Shown here: one piece after another, positions 12,501 to 25,900 of the stretch
Position numbering within the stretch: the stretch's first letter is position 1
Layout of the letters: the number at the start of each line of letters is the position of its first letter
Assembly: GCA_043228905.1 (NCBI GenBank)
Contig: JBHGNT010000032.1
Coordinates: 124,001 to 188,000 of the forward strand
Source of the DNA: Azolla caroliniana
Lineage: Eukaryota; Plantae; Polypodiophyta
Direction: 5' to 3'
DNA: 64,000 nucleotides
Position numbers and translations under genes: made by a program
Notes under the pieces: generated by a model
Told to the model about the DNA's origin: nothing
The model's input: only the letters and a program-made list of their open reading frames with translations
The model's database searches: none

Positions 12501-15113
12501 TCGCATGTTTGAACACAAAAATCCGATATCACACGAGCCAGGTATGAACATTTTAATTTACTCAAGGGCTCCTCTCAACTCCCTCCTCAAGTTTGCTATT
12601 TTCGTCATGTCTCTCGACCTGAGTTTGAAATTCTTGATTTTTTAATTCCATATCATAGCTAGCGTCGTTAGCTTCGATTTGCATGTTTGAACACAAAAAT
12701 CCGATATCACACGACCCAGGTATGAACATTTTAATCTACTCAAGGGCTCCTCTCAACTCCCTTCTCAAGTTTGCTATTTTCTTCATGTCTCTCGACCTGA
12801 GTTTCAAAATCTTGATTCTTTAATTCCATATCATAGCTAGCGTTTCAAGCTTCGATTTGCATGTTTGAACACAAAAATCCGATATCACACGAGCCAGGTA
12901 TGAACACTTTAATTTACTCAAGGGCTCCTCTCAACTCCCTCCTCAAGTTTGCTATTTTCGTCATGTCTCTTGACCTGAGTTTCAAAATCTTGATTTTTTA
13001 ATTTCATATCATACCTCACGTAGTTGGCTTCGATTCGCATGTTTGAACACAAAAATCCGATATCACACGAGCCAGGTATGAACATTTTAATTACTTGAGG
13101 GCTCCTCTCAACTCCCTCCTCAAGTTTGCTATTTTCGTCATGTCTCTTGACCTGAGTTTCAAAATCTTGATTTTTTAATTTCATATCATACCTCACGTAG
13201 TTGGCTTCGATTCGCATGTTTGAACACAAAAATCCGATATCACACGACCCAGGTATGAACATTTTAATCTACTCAAGGGCTCCTCTCAACTCCCTCCTCA
13301 AGTTTGCTATTTTCATCTTGTCTCTCGACCTGAGTTTCAAAATCTTGATTTTTTAATTCCATATCATAGCTCGCGTTGTTGGCTTCGATTCGCATGTTTG
13401 AACACAAAAATCCGATATCACACGAGCCAGGTATGAACATTTTAATTTACTCAAGGGCTCCTCTCAACTCCCTGCTCAAGTTTGCTATTTTCGTCATGTC
13501 TCTCGACCTGAGTTTGAAATTCTTGATTTTTTAATTCCATATCATAGCTAGCGTTGTTAGCTTCGATTTGCATGTTTGAACACAAAAATCCGATATCACA
13601 CGACCCAGGTATGAACATTTTAATCTACTCAAGGGCTCCTCTCAACTCCCTCCTCAAGTTTGCTATTTTCTTCATGTCTCTCGACCTGAGTTTCAGAATC
13701 TTGATTTTTTAATTCCATATCATAGCTAGCGTTTCAAGCTTCGATTTGCATGTTTGAACACAAAAATCCGATATCACACGAGCCAGGTATGAACATTTTA
13801 ATTTACTCAAGGGCTCCTCTCAACTCCCTCCTCAAGTTTGTTATTTTCGTCATGTCTCTCGACCTGAGTTTCAAAATCTTGATTTTTTAATTCCATATCA
13901 TACCTCACGTAGTTGGCTTCGATTCGCATGTTTGAACACAAAAATCCGATATCACACGAGCCAGGTATGAACATTTTAATTTACTCAAGGGCTCCTCTCA
14001 ACTCCCTCCTCAAGTTTGCTATTTTCGTCATGTATCTCGACCTGAGTTTGAAATTCTTGATTTTTTAATTGCATATCTTAGCTAGCGTTGTTAGCTTCGA
14101 TTCGCATGTTTGAACACAAAAATCCGATATCACACGAGCCAGGTATGAACATTTTAATTTACTCAAGGGCTGTTCTCAACTCACTCTTCAAATTTGCTAT
14201 TTTCGTCATGTCTCTCGCGATTAGGTTTAAAATCTTGATTTTATAATTCCATATCATAGCTCGCGTTGTTGGCTTCAATTCGCATGTTTGAACACAAAAA
14301 TCCGATATCACACGAGCCAGGTATGAACATTTTAATTTACTCAAGGGCTCCTCTCAACTCCCTCCTCAAGTTTGCTATTTTCGTCATGTCTCTCGACCTG
14401 AGTTTGAAATTCTTGATTTTTTAATTCCATATCATAGCTAGCGTCGTTAGCTTCGATTTGCATGTTTGAACACAAAAATCCGATATCACACGACCCAGGT
14501 ATGAACATTTTAATCTACTCAAGGGCTCCTCTCAACTCCCTTCTCAAGTTTGCTATTTTCTTCATGTCTCTCGACCTGAGTTTCAAAATCTTGATTCTTT
14601 AATTCCATATCATAGCTAGCGTTTCAAGCTTCGATTTGCATGTTTGAACACAAAAATCCGATATCACACGAGCCAGGTATGAACACTTTAATTTACTCAA
14701 GGGCTCCTCTCAACTCCCTCCTCAAGTTTGCTATTTTCGTCATGTCTCTTGACCTGAGTTTCAAAATCTTGATTTTTTAATTCCATATCATACCTCACGT
14801 AGTTGGCTTCGATTCGCATGTTTGAACACAAAAATCCGATATCACACGAGCCAGGTATGAACATTTTAATTACATAAGGGCTCCTCTCAACTCCCTCCTC
14901 AAGTTTGCTATTTTCGTCATGTCTCTCGACCTGAGTTTCAAAATCTTGATTTTTTAATTCCATATCATAGCTAGCGTTTCAAGCTTCGATTTGCATGTTT
15001 GAACACAAAAATCCGATATCACACGAGCCAGGTATGAACATTTTTATTTACTCAAGGGCTCCTCTCAACTCCCTCCTCAAGTTTGCTATTTTCGTCATGT
15101 CTCTCGACCTGAG
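1524..15113. repeat. Large HOR duplication at a 40-monomer offset (7115 bp): 1524-7998 repeated at 8639-15113
   Basis: Eight ORF pairs are offset by exactly 7115 (1534/8649, 2953/10068, 4201/11316, 5265/12380, 5803/12918, 7044/14159, 7582/14697, 7933/15048). The private variant CGATTAGGTTT occurs at 7103 and 14218. Boundary mismatches are at 1523/8638 and 7999/15114. Confidence 0.92.
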
Positions 15114-16008
15114 CTTCAAAATCTTGATTTTATAATTCCATATCATAGCTCGCGTTGTTGGCTTCGATTCGCATGTTTGAACACAAAAATCCGATATCAC
15201 ACGAGCCAGGTATGAACATTTTAATTTACTCAAGGGCTCCTCTCAACTCCCTCCTCAAGTTTGCTATTTTCGTCATGTCTCTCGACCTGAGTTTGAAATT
15301 CTTGATTTTTTAATTCCATATCATAGCTAGCGTCGTTAGCTTCGATTTGCATGTTTGAACACAAAAATCCGATATCACACGACCCAGGTATGAACATTTT
15401 AATCTACTCAAGGGCTCCTCTCAACTCCCTCCTCAAGTTTGCTATTTTCATCATGTCTCTCGACCTGAGTTTCAAAATCTTGATTCTTTAATTCCATATC
15501 ATAGCTCGCGTTGTTGGCTTCGATTTGCATGTTTGAACACAAAAATCCGATATCACACGAGCCAGGTATGAACATTTTAATTTACTCAAGGGCTCCTCTC
15601 AACTCCCTCCTCAAGTTTGCTATTTTCGTCATGTCTCTCGACCTGAGTTTCAAAATCTTGATTTTTTAATTCCATATCATACCTCACGTAGTTGGCTTCG
15701 ATTCGCATGTTTGAACACAAAAAGCCGATATCACACGAGCCAGGTATGAACATTTTAATTACTTAAGGGCTCCTCTCAACTCCCTCCTCAAGTTTGCTAT
15801 TTTCGTCATGTCTCTCGACCTGAGTTTCAAAATCTTGATTTTTTAATTCCATATCATACCTCACGTAGTTGGCTTCGATTCGCATGTTTGAACACAAAAA
15901 TCCGATATCACACGAGCCAGGTATGAACATTTTAATTAACTCAAGGGCTGTTCTCAACTCACTCCTCAAATTTGCTATTTTCGTCATGTCTCTCGACCTG
16001 AGTTTCAA
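9072..16008. repeat. Basic 39-monomer HOR unit (6937 bp) of the left domain
   Basis: Offsets 9071->16008, 10068->17005 and 11316->18253 all equal 6937 (39x178-5). The phase of the unit start is arbitrary. Confidence 0.8.
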
Positions 16009-19000
16009 AATCTTGATTTTTTAATTCCATATCATAGCTCGCGTTGTTGGCTTCGATTCGCATGTTTGAACACAAAAATCCGATATCACACGAGCCAGGT
16101 ATGAACATTTTAATTTACTCAAGGGCTCCTCTCAACTCCCTCCTCAAGTTTGCTATTTTCGTCATGTCTCTCGACCTGAGTTTGAAATTCTTGATTTTTT
16201 AATTCCATATCATAGCTAGCGTTGTTAGCTTCGATTTGCATGTTTGAACACAAAAATCCGATATCACACGACCCAGGTATGAACATTTTAATCTACTCAA
16301 GGGCTCCTCTCAACTCCCTCCTCAAGTTTGCTATTTTCTTCATGTCTCTCGACCTGAGTTTCAAAATCTTGATTTTTTAATTCCATATCATAGCTAGCGT
16401 TTCAAGCTTCGATTTGCATGTTTGAACACAAAAATCCGATATCACACGAGCCAGGTATGAACATTTTAATTTACTCAAGGGCTCCTCTCAACTCCCTCCT
16501 CAAGTTTGTTATTTTCGTCATGTCTCTCGACCTGAGTTTCAAAATCTTGATTTTTTAATTCCATATCAGAGCTCGCGTTGTTGGCTTCGATTCGCATGTT
16601 TGAACACAAAAATCCGATATCACACGAGCCAGGTATGAACATTTTAATTTACTCAAGGGCTCCTCTCAACTCCCTCCTCAAGTTTGCTATTTTCGTCATG
16701 TCTCTCGACCTGAGTTTGAAATTCTTGATTTTTTAATTCCATATCATAGCTAGCGTCGTTAGCTTCGATTTGCATGTTTGAACACAAAAATCCGATATCA
16801 CACGACCCAGGTATGAACATTTTAATCTACTCAAGGGCTCCTCTCAACTCCCTCCTCAAGTTTGCTATTTTCTTCATGTCTCTCGACCTGAGTTTCAAAA
16901 TCTTGATTTTTTAATTCCATATCATAGCTAGCGTTTCAAGCTTCGATTTGCATGTTTGAACACAAAAATCCGATATCACACGAGCCAGGTATGAACATTT
17001 TAATTTACTCAAGGGCTGTTCTCAACTCACTCTTCAAATTTGCTATTTTCGTCATGTCTCTCGACCTGAGTTTCAAAATCTTGATTTTATAATTCCATAT
17101 CATAGCTCGCGTTGTTGGCTTCAATTCGCATGTTTGAACACAAAAATCCGATATCACACGAGCCAGGTATGAACATTTTAATTTACTCAAGGGCTCCTCT
17201 CAACTCCCTCCTCAAGTTTGCTATTTTCGTCATGTCTCTCGACCTGAGTTTGAAATTCTTGATTTTTTAATTCCATATCATAGCTAGCGTCGTTAGCTTC
17301 GATTTGCATGTTTGAACACAAAAATCCGATATCACACGACCCAGGTATGAACATTTTAATCTACTCAAGGGCTCCTCTCAACTCCCTCCTCAAGTTTGCT
17401 ATTTTCTTCATGTCTCTCGACCTGAGTTTCAAAATCTTGATTTTTTAATTCCATATCATAGCTAGCGTTTCAAGCTTCGATTTGCATGTTTGAACACAAA
17501 AATCCGATATCACACGAGCCAGGTATGAACATTTTAATTTACTCAAGGGCTCCTCTCAACTCCCTCCTCAAGTTTGTTATTTTCGTCATGTCTCTCGACC
17601 TGAGTTTCAAAATCTTGATTTTTTAATTCCATATCATACCTCACGTAGTTGGCTTCGATTCGCATGTTTGAACACAAAAATCCGATATCACACGACCCAG
17701 GTATGAACATTTTAATTACTTAACGGCTCCTCTCAACTCCCTCCTCAAGTTTGCTATTTTCGTCATGTCTCTCGACCTGAGTTTCAAAATCTTGATTTTT
17801 TAATTCCATATCATAGCTCGCGTTGTTGGCTTCGATTCGCATGTTTGAACACAAAAATCCGATATCACACGAGCCAGGTATGAACATTTTAATTTACTCA
17901 AGGGCTCCTCTCAACTCCCTCCTCAAGTTTGCTATTTTCGTCATGTATCTCGACCTGAGTTTGAAATTCTTGATTTTTTAATTCCATATCATAGCTAGCG
18001 TCGTTAGCTTCGATTTGCATGTTTGAACACAAAAATCCGATATCACACGACCCAGGTATGAACATTTTAATCTACTCAAGGGCTCCTCTCAACTCCCTTC
18101 TCAAGTTTGCTATTTTCTTCATGTCTCTCGACCTGAGTTTCAAAATCTTGATTCTTTAATTCCATATCATAGCTAGCGTTTCAAGCTTCGATTCGCATGT
18201 TTGAACACAAAAAGCCGATATCACACGAGCCAGGTATGAACATTTTAATTACTTAAGGGCTCCTCTCAACTCCCTCCTCAAGTTTGCTATTTTCGTCATG
18301 TCTCTCGACCTGAGTTTCAAAATCTTGATTTTTTAATTCCATATCATACCTCACGTAGTTGGCTTCGATTCGCATGTTTGAACACAAAAATCCGATATCA
18401 CACGAGCCAGGTATGAACATTTTAATTAACTCAAGGGCTGTTCTCAACTCACTCCTCAAATTTGCTATTTTCGTCATGTCTCTCGACCTGAGTTTCAAAA
18501 TCTTGATTTTTTAATTCCATATCATAGCTCGCGTTGTTGGCTTCGATTCGCATGTTTGAACACAAAAATCCGATATCACACGAGCCAGGTATGAACATTT
18601 TAATTTACTCAAGGGCTCCTCTCAACTCCCTCCTCAAGTTTGCTATTTTCGTCATGTCTCTCGACCTGAGTTTGAAATTCTTGATTTTTTAATTCCATAT
18701 CATAGCTAGCGTTGTTAGCTTCGATTTGCATGTTTGAACACAAAAATCCGATATCACACGACCCAGGTATGAACATTTTAATCTACTCAAGGGCTCCTCT
18801 CAACTCCCTCCTCAAGTTTGCTATTTTCTTCATGTCTCTCGACCTGAGTTTCAAAATCTTGATTTTTTAATTCCATATCATACCTCACGTAGTTGGCTTC
18901 GATTCGCATGTTTGAACACAAAAATCCGATATCACACGAGCCAGGTATGAACATTTTAATTAACTCAAGGGCTGTTCTCAACTCACTCCTCAAATTTGCT

Positions 19001-22000
19001 ATTTTCGTCATGTCTCTCGACCTGAGTTTCAAAATCTTGATTTTTTAATTCCATATCATAGCTCGCGTTGTTGGCTTCGATTCGCATGTTTGAACACAAA
19101 AATCCGATATCACACGAGCCAGGTATGAACATTTTAATTTACTCAAGGGCTCCTCTCAACTCCCTCCTCAAGTTTGCTATTTTCGTCATGTCTCTCGACC
19201 TGAGTTTGAAATTCTTGATTTTTTAATTCCATATCATAGCTAGCGTTGTTAGCTTCGATTTGCATGTTTGAACACAAAAATCCGATATCACACGACCCAG
19301 GTATGAACATTTTAATCTACTCAAGGGCTCCTCTCAACTCCCTCCTCAAGTTTGCTATTTTCTTCATGTCTCTCGACCTGAGTTTCAAAATCTTGATTTT
19401 TTAATTCCATATCATACCTCACGTAGTTGGCTTCGATTCGCATGTTTGAACACAAAAATCCGATATCACACGAGCCAGGTATGAACATTTTAATTAACTC
19501 AAGGGCTGTTCTCAACTCACTCCTCAAATTTGCTATTTTCGTCATGTCTCTCGACCTGAGTTTCAAAATCTTGATTTTTTAATTCCATATCATAGCTCGC
19601 GTTGTTGGCTTCGATTCGCATGTTTGAACACAAAAATCCGATATCACACGAGCCAGGTATGAACATTTTAATTTACTCAAGGGCTCCTCTCAACTCCCTC
19701 CTCAAGTTTGCTATTTTCGTCATGTCTCTCGACCTGAGTTTGAAATTCTTGATTTTTTAATTCCATATCATAGCTAGCGTTGTTAGCTTCGATTTGCATG
19801 TTTGAACACAAAAATCCGATATCACACGACCCAGGTATGAACATTTTAATCTACTCAAGGGCTCCTCTCAACTCCCTCCTCAAGTTTGCTATTTTCTTCA
19901 TGTCTCTCGACCTGAGTTTCAAAATCTTGATTTTTTAATTCCATATCATAGCTAGCGTTTCAAGCTTCGATTTGCATGTTTGAACACAAAAATCCGATAT
20001 CACACGAGCCAGGTATGAACATTTTAATTTACTCAAGGGCTCCTCTCAACTCCCTCCTCAAGTTTGTTATTTTCGTCATGTCTCTCGACCTGAGTTTCAA
20101 AATCTTGATTTTTTAATTCCATATCAGAGCTCGCGTTGTTGGCTTCGATTCGCATGTTTGAACACAAAAATCCGATATCACACGAGCCAGGTATGAACAT
20201 TTTAATTTACTCAAGGGCTCCTCTCAACTCCCTCCTCAAGTTTGCTATTTTCGTCATGTCTCTCGACCTGAGTTTGAAATTCTTGATTTTTTAATTCCAT
20301 ATCATAGCTAGCGTCGTTAGCTTCGATTTGCATGTTTGAACACAAAAATCCGATATCACACGACCCAGGTATGAACATTTTAATCTACTCAAGGGCTCCT
20401 CTCAACTCCCTCCTCAAGTTTGCTATTTTCTTCATGTCTCTCGACCTGAGTTTCAAAATCTTGATTTTTTAATTCCATATCATAGCTAGCGTTTCAAGCT
20501 TCGATTTGCATGTTTGAACACAAAAATCCGATATCACACGAGCCAGGTATGAACATTTTAATTTACTCAAGGGCTGTTCTCAACTCACTCTTCAAATTTG
20601 CTATTTTCGTCATGTCTCTCGACCTGAGTTTCAAAATCTTGATTTTATAATTCCATATCATAGCTCGCGTTGTTGGCTTCAATTCGCATGTTTGAACACA
20701 AAAATCCGATATCACACGAGCCAGGTATGAACATTTTAATTTACTCAAGGGCTCCTCTCAACTCCCTCCTCAAGTTTGCTATTTTCGTCATGTCTCTCGA
20801 CCTGAGTTTGAAATTCTTGATTTTTTAATTCCATATCATAGCTAGCGTCGTTAGCTTCGATTTGCATGTTTGAACACAAAAATCCGATATCACACGACCC
20901 AGGTATGAACATTTTAATCTACTCAAGGGCTCCTCTCAACTCCCTCCTCAAGTTTGCTATTTTCTTCATGTCTCTCGACCTGAGTTTCAAAATCTTGATT
21001 TTTTAATTCCATATCATAGCTAGCGTTTCAAGCTTCGATTTGCATGTTTGAACACAAAAATCCGATATCACACGAGCCAGGTATGAACATTTTAATTTAC
21101 TCAAGGGCTCCTCTCAACTCCCTCCTCAAGTTTGTTATTTTCGTCATGTCTCTCGACCTGAGTTTCAAAATCTTGATTTTTTAATTCCATATCATACCTC
21201 ACGTAGTTGGCTTCGATTCGCATGTTTGAACACAAAAATCCGATATCACACGACCCAGGTATGAACATTTTAATTACTTAACGGCTCCTCTCAACTCCCT
21301 CCTCAAGTTTGCTATTTTCGTCATGTCTCTCGACCTGAGTTTCAAAATCTTGATTTTTTAATTCCATATCATAGCTCGCGTTGTTGGCTTCGATTCGCAT
21401 GTTTGAACACAAAAATCCGATATCACACGAGCCAGGTATGAACATTTTAATTTACTCAAGGGCTCCTCTCAACTCCCTCCTCAAGTTTGCTATTTTCGTC
21501 ATGTATCTCGACCTGAGTTTGAAATTCTTGATTTTTTAATTCCATATCATAGCTAGCGTCGTTAGCTTCGATTTGCATGTTTGAACACAAAAATCCGATA
21601 TCACACGACCTAGGTATGAACATTTTAATCTACTCAAGGGCTCCTCTCAACTCCCTCCTCAAGTTTGCTATTTTCGTCATGTCTCTCGACCTGAGTTTCA
21701 AAATCTTGATTTTTTAATTCCATATCATACCTCACGTAGTTGGCTTCGATTCGCATGTTTGAACACAAAAAGCCGATATCACACGAGCCAGGTATGAACA
21801 TTTTAATTACTTAAGGGCTCCTCTCAACTCCCTCCTCAAGTTTGCTATTTTCGTCATGTCTCTCGACCTGAGTTTCAAAATCTTGATTTTTTAATTCCAT
21901 ATCATACCTCACGTAGTTGGCTTCGATTCGCATGTTTGAACACAAAAATCCGATATCACACGAGCCAGGTATGAACATTTTAATTAACTCAAGGGCTGTT

Positions 22001-22974
22001 CTCAACTCACTCCTCAAATTTGCTATTTTCGTCATGTCTCTCGACCTGAGTTTCAAAATCTTGATTTTTTAATTCCATATCATAGCTCGCGTTGTTGGCT
22101 TCGATTCGCATGTTTGAACACAAAAATCCGATATCACACGAGCCAGGTATGAACATTTTAATTTACTCAAGGGCTCCTCTCAACTCCCTCCTCAAGTTTG
22201 CTATTTTCGTCATGTCTCTCGACCTGAGTTTGAAATTCTTGATTTTTTAATTCCATATCATAGCTAGCGTTGTTAGCTTCGATTTGCATGTTTGAACACA
22301 AAAATCCGATATCACACGACCCAGGTATGAACATTTTAATCTACTCAAGGGCTCCTCTCAACTCCCTCCTCAAGTTTGCTATTTTCTTCATGTCTCTCGA
22401 CCTGAGTTTCAAAATCTTGATTTTTTAATTCCATATCATACCTCACGTAGTTGGCTTCGATTCGCATGTTTGAACACAAAAATCCGATATCACACGAGCC
22501 AGGTATGAACATTTTAATTAACTCAAGGGCTGTTCTCAACTCACTCCTCAAATTTGCTATTTTCGTCATGTCTCTCGACCTGAGTTTCAAAATCTTGATT
22601 TTTTAATTCCATATCATAGCTCGCGTTGTTGGCTTCGATTCGCATGTTTGAACACAAAAATCCGATATCACACGAGCCAGGTATGAACATTTTAATTTAC
22701 TCAAGGGCTCCTCTCAACTCCCTCCTCAAGTTTGCTATTTTCGTCATGTCTCTCGACCTGAGTTTGAAATTCTTGATTTTTTAATTCCATATCATAGCTA
22801 GCGTTGTTAGCTTCGATTTGCATGTTTGAACACAAAAATCCGATATCACACGACCCAGGTATGAACATTTTAATCTACTCAAGGGCTCCTCTCAACTCCC
22901 TCCTCAAGTTTGCTATTTTCTTCATGTCTCTCGACCTGAGTTTCAAAATCTTGATTTTTTAATTCCATATCATA
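15806..22974. repeat. Tandem 20-monomer duplication (3558 bp) containing a 3-monomer (534 bp) repeat
   Basis: ORF offsets 15763/19321, 17005/20563, 18253/21811 and 18787/22345 equal 3558. 18253->18787->19321 and 21811->22345 equal 534. Boundary mismatches are at 15805/19363 and 19417/22975. Confidence 0.88.
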
Positions 22975-25900
22975 GCTAGCGTTTCAAGCTTCGATTTGCA
23001 TGTTTGAACACAAAAATCCGATATCACACGAGCCAGGTATGAACATTTTAATTTACTCAAGGGCTCCTCTCAACTCCCTCCTCAAGTTTGTTATTTTCGT
23101 CATGTCTCTCGACCTGAGTTTCAAAATCTTGATTTTTTAATTCCATATCATACCTCACGTAGTTGGCTTCGATTCGCATGTTTGAACACAAAAATCCGAT
23201 ATCACACGAGCCAGGTATGAACATTTTAATTTACTCAAGGGCTCCTCTCAACTCCCTCCTCAAGTTTGCTATTTTCGTCATGTATCTCGACCTGAGTTTG
23301 AAATTCTTGATTTTTTAATTGCATATCTTAGCTAGCGTTGTTAGCTTCGATTCGCATGTTTGAACACAAAAATCCGATATCACACGAGCCAGGTATGAAC
23401 ATTTTAATTTACTCAAGGGCTCCTCTCAACTCCCTCCTCAAGTTTGCTATTTTCGTCATGTCTCTCGACCTGAGTTTCAAAATCTTGATTTTATAATTCC
23501 ATATCATAGCTCGCGTTGTTGGCTTCAATTCGCATGTTTGAACACAAAAATCCGATATCACACGAGCCAGGTATGAACATTTTAATTTACTCAAGGGCTC
23601 CTCTCAACTCCCTCCTCAAGTTTGCTATTTTCGTCATGTCTCTCGACCTGAGTTTGAAATTCTTGATTTTTTAATTCCATATCATAGCTAGCGTCGTTAG
23701 CTTCGATTTGCATGTTTGAACACAAAAATCCGATATCACACGAGCCAGGTATGAACATTTTAATCTACTCAAGGGCTCCTCTCAACTCCCTTCTCAAGTT
23801 TGCTATTTTCTTCATGTCTCTCGACCTGAGTTTCAAAATCTTGATTCTTTAATTCCATATCATAGCTAGCGTTTCAAGCTTCGATTTGCATGTTTGAACA
23901 CAAAAATCCGATATCACACGAGCCAGGTATGAACACTTTAATTTACTCAAGGGCTCCTCTCAACTCCCTCCTCAAGTTTGCTATTTTCGTCATGTCTCTT
24001 GACCTGAGTTTCAAAATCTTGATTTTTTAATTTCATATCATACCTCACGTAGTTGGCTTCGATTCGCATGTTTGAACACAAAAATCCGATATCACACGAG
24101 CCAGGTATGAACATTTTAATTACTTGAGGGCTCCTCTCAACTCCCTCCTCAAGTTTGCTATTTTCGTCATGTCTCTTGACCTGAGTTTCAAAATCTTGAT
24201 TTTTTAATTTCATATCATACCTCACGTAGTTGGCTTCGATTCGCATGTTTGAACACAAAAATCCGATATCACACGACCCAGGTATGAACATTTTAATCTA
24301 CTCAAGGGCTCCTCTCAACTCCCTCCTCAAGTTTGCTATTTTCATCTTGTCTCTCGACCTGAGTTTCAAAATCTTGATTTTTTAATTCTATATCATAGCT
24401 CGCGTTGTTGGCTTCGATTCGCATGTTTGAACACAAAAATCCGATATCACACGAGCCAGGTATGAACATTTTAATTTACTCAAGGGCTCCTCTCAACTCC
24501 CTGCTCAAGTTTGCTATTTTCGTCATGTCTCTCGACCTGAGTTTGAAATTCTTGATTTTTTAATTCCATATCATAGCTAGCGTTGTTAGCTTCGATTTGC
24601 ATGTTTGAACACAAAAATCCGATATCACACGACCCAGGTATGAACATTTTAATCTACTCAAGGGCTCCTCTCAACTCCCTCCTCAAGTTTGCTATTTTCT
24701 TCATGTCTCTCGACCTGAGTTTCAAAATCTTGATTTTTTAATTCCATATCATAGCTAGCGTTTCAAGCTTCGATTTGCATGTTTGAACACAAAAATCCGA
24801 TATCACACGAGCCAGGTATGAACATTTTAATTTACTCAAGGGCTCCTCTCAACTCCCTCCTCAAGTTTGTTATTTTCGTCATGTCTCTCGACCTGAGTTT
24901 CAAAATCTTGATTTTTTAATTCCATATCATACCTCACGTAGTTGGCTTCGATTCGCATGTTTGAACACAAAAATCCGATATCACACGAGCCAGGTATGAA
25001 CATTTTAATTTACTCAAGGGCTCCTCTCAACTCCCTCCTCAAGTTTGCTATTTTCGTCATGTATCTCGACCTGAGTTTGAAATTCTTGATTTTTTAATTG
25101 CATATCTTAGCTAGCGTTGTTAGCTTCGATTCGCATGTTTGAACACAAAAATCCGATATCACACGAGCCAGGTATGAACATTTTAATTTACTCAAGGGCT
25201 GTTCTCAACTCACTCTTCAAATTTGCTATTTTCGTCATGTCTCTCGACCTGAGTTTCAAAATCTTGATTTTATAATTCCATATCATAGCTCGCGTTGTTG
25301 GCTTCAATTCGCATGTTTGAACACAAAAATCCGATATCAGACGAGCCAGGTATGAACATTTTAATTTACTCAAGGGCTCCTCTCAACTCCCTCCTCAAGT
25401 TTGCTATTTTCGTCATGTCTCTCGACCTGAGTTTGAAATTCTTGATTTTTTAATTCCATATCATAGCTAGCGTCGTTAGCTTCGATTTGCATGTTTGAAC
25501 ACAAAAATCCGATATCACACGACCCAGGTATGAACATTTTAATCTACTCAAAGGCTCCTCTCAACTCCCTTCTCAAGTTTGCTATTTTCTTCATGTCTCT
25601 CGACCTGAGTTTCAAAATCTTGATTCTTTAATTCCATATCATAGCTAGCGTTTCAAACTTCGATTTGCATGTTTGAACACAAAAATCCGATATCACACGA
25701 CCCAGGTATGAACACTTTAATTTACTCAAGGGCTCCTCTCAACTCCCTCCTCAAGTTTGCTATTTTCGTCATGTCTCTTGACCTGAGTTTCAAAATCTTG
25801 ATTTTTTAATTCCATATCATACCTCACGTAGTTGGCTTCGATTCGCATGTTTGAACACAAAAATCCGATATCACACGAGCCAGGTATGAACATTTTAATT

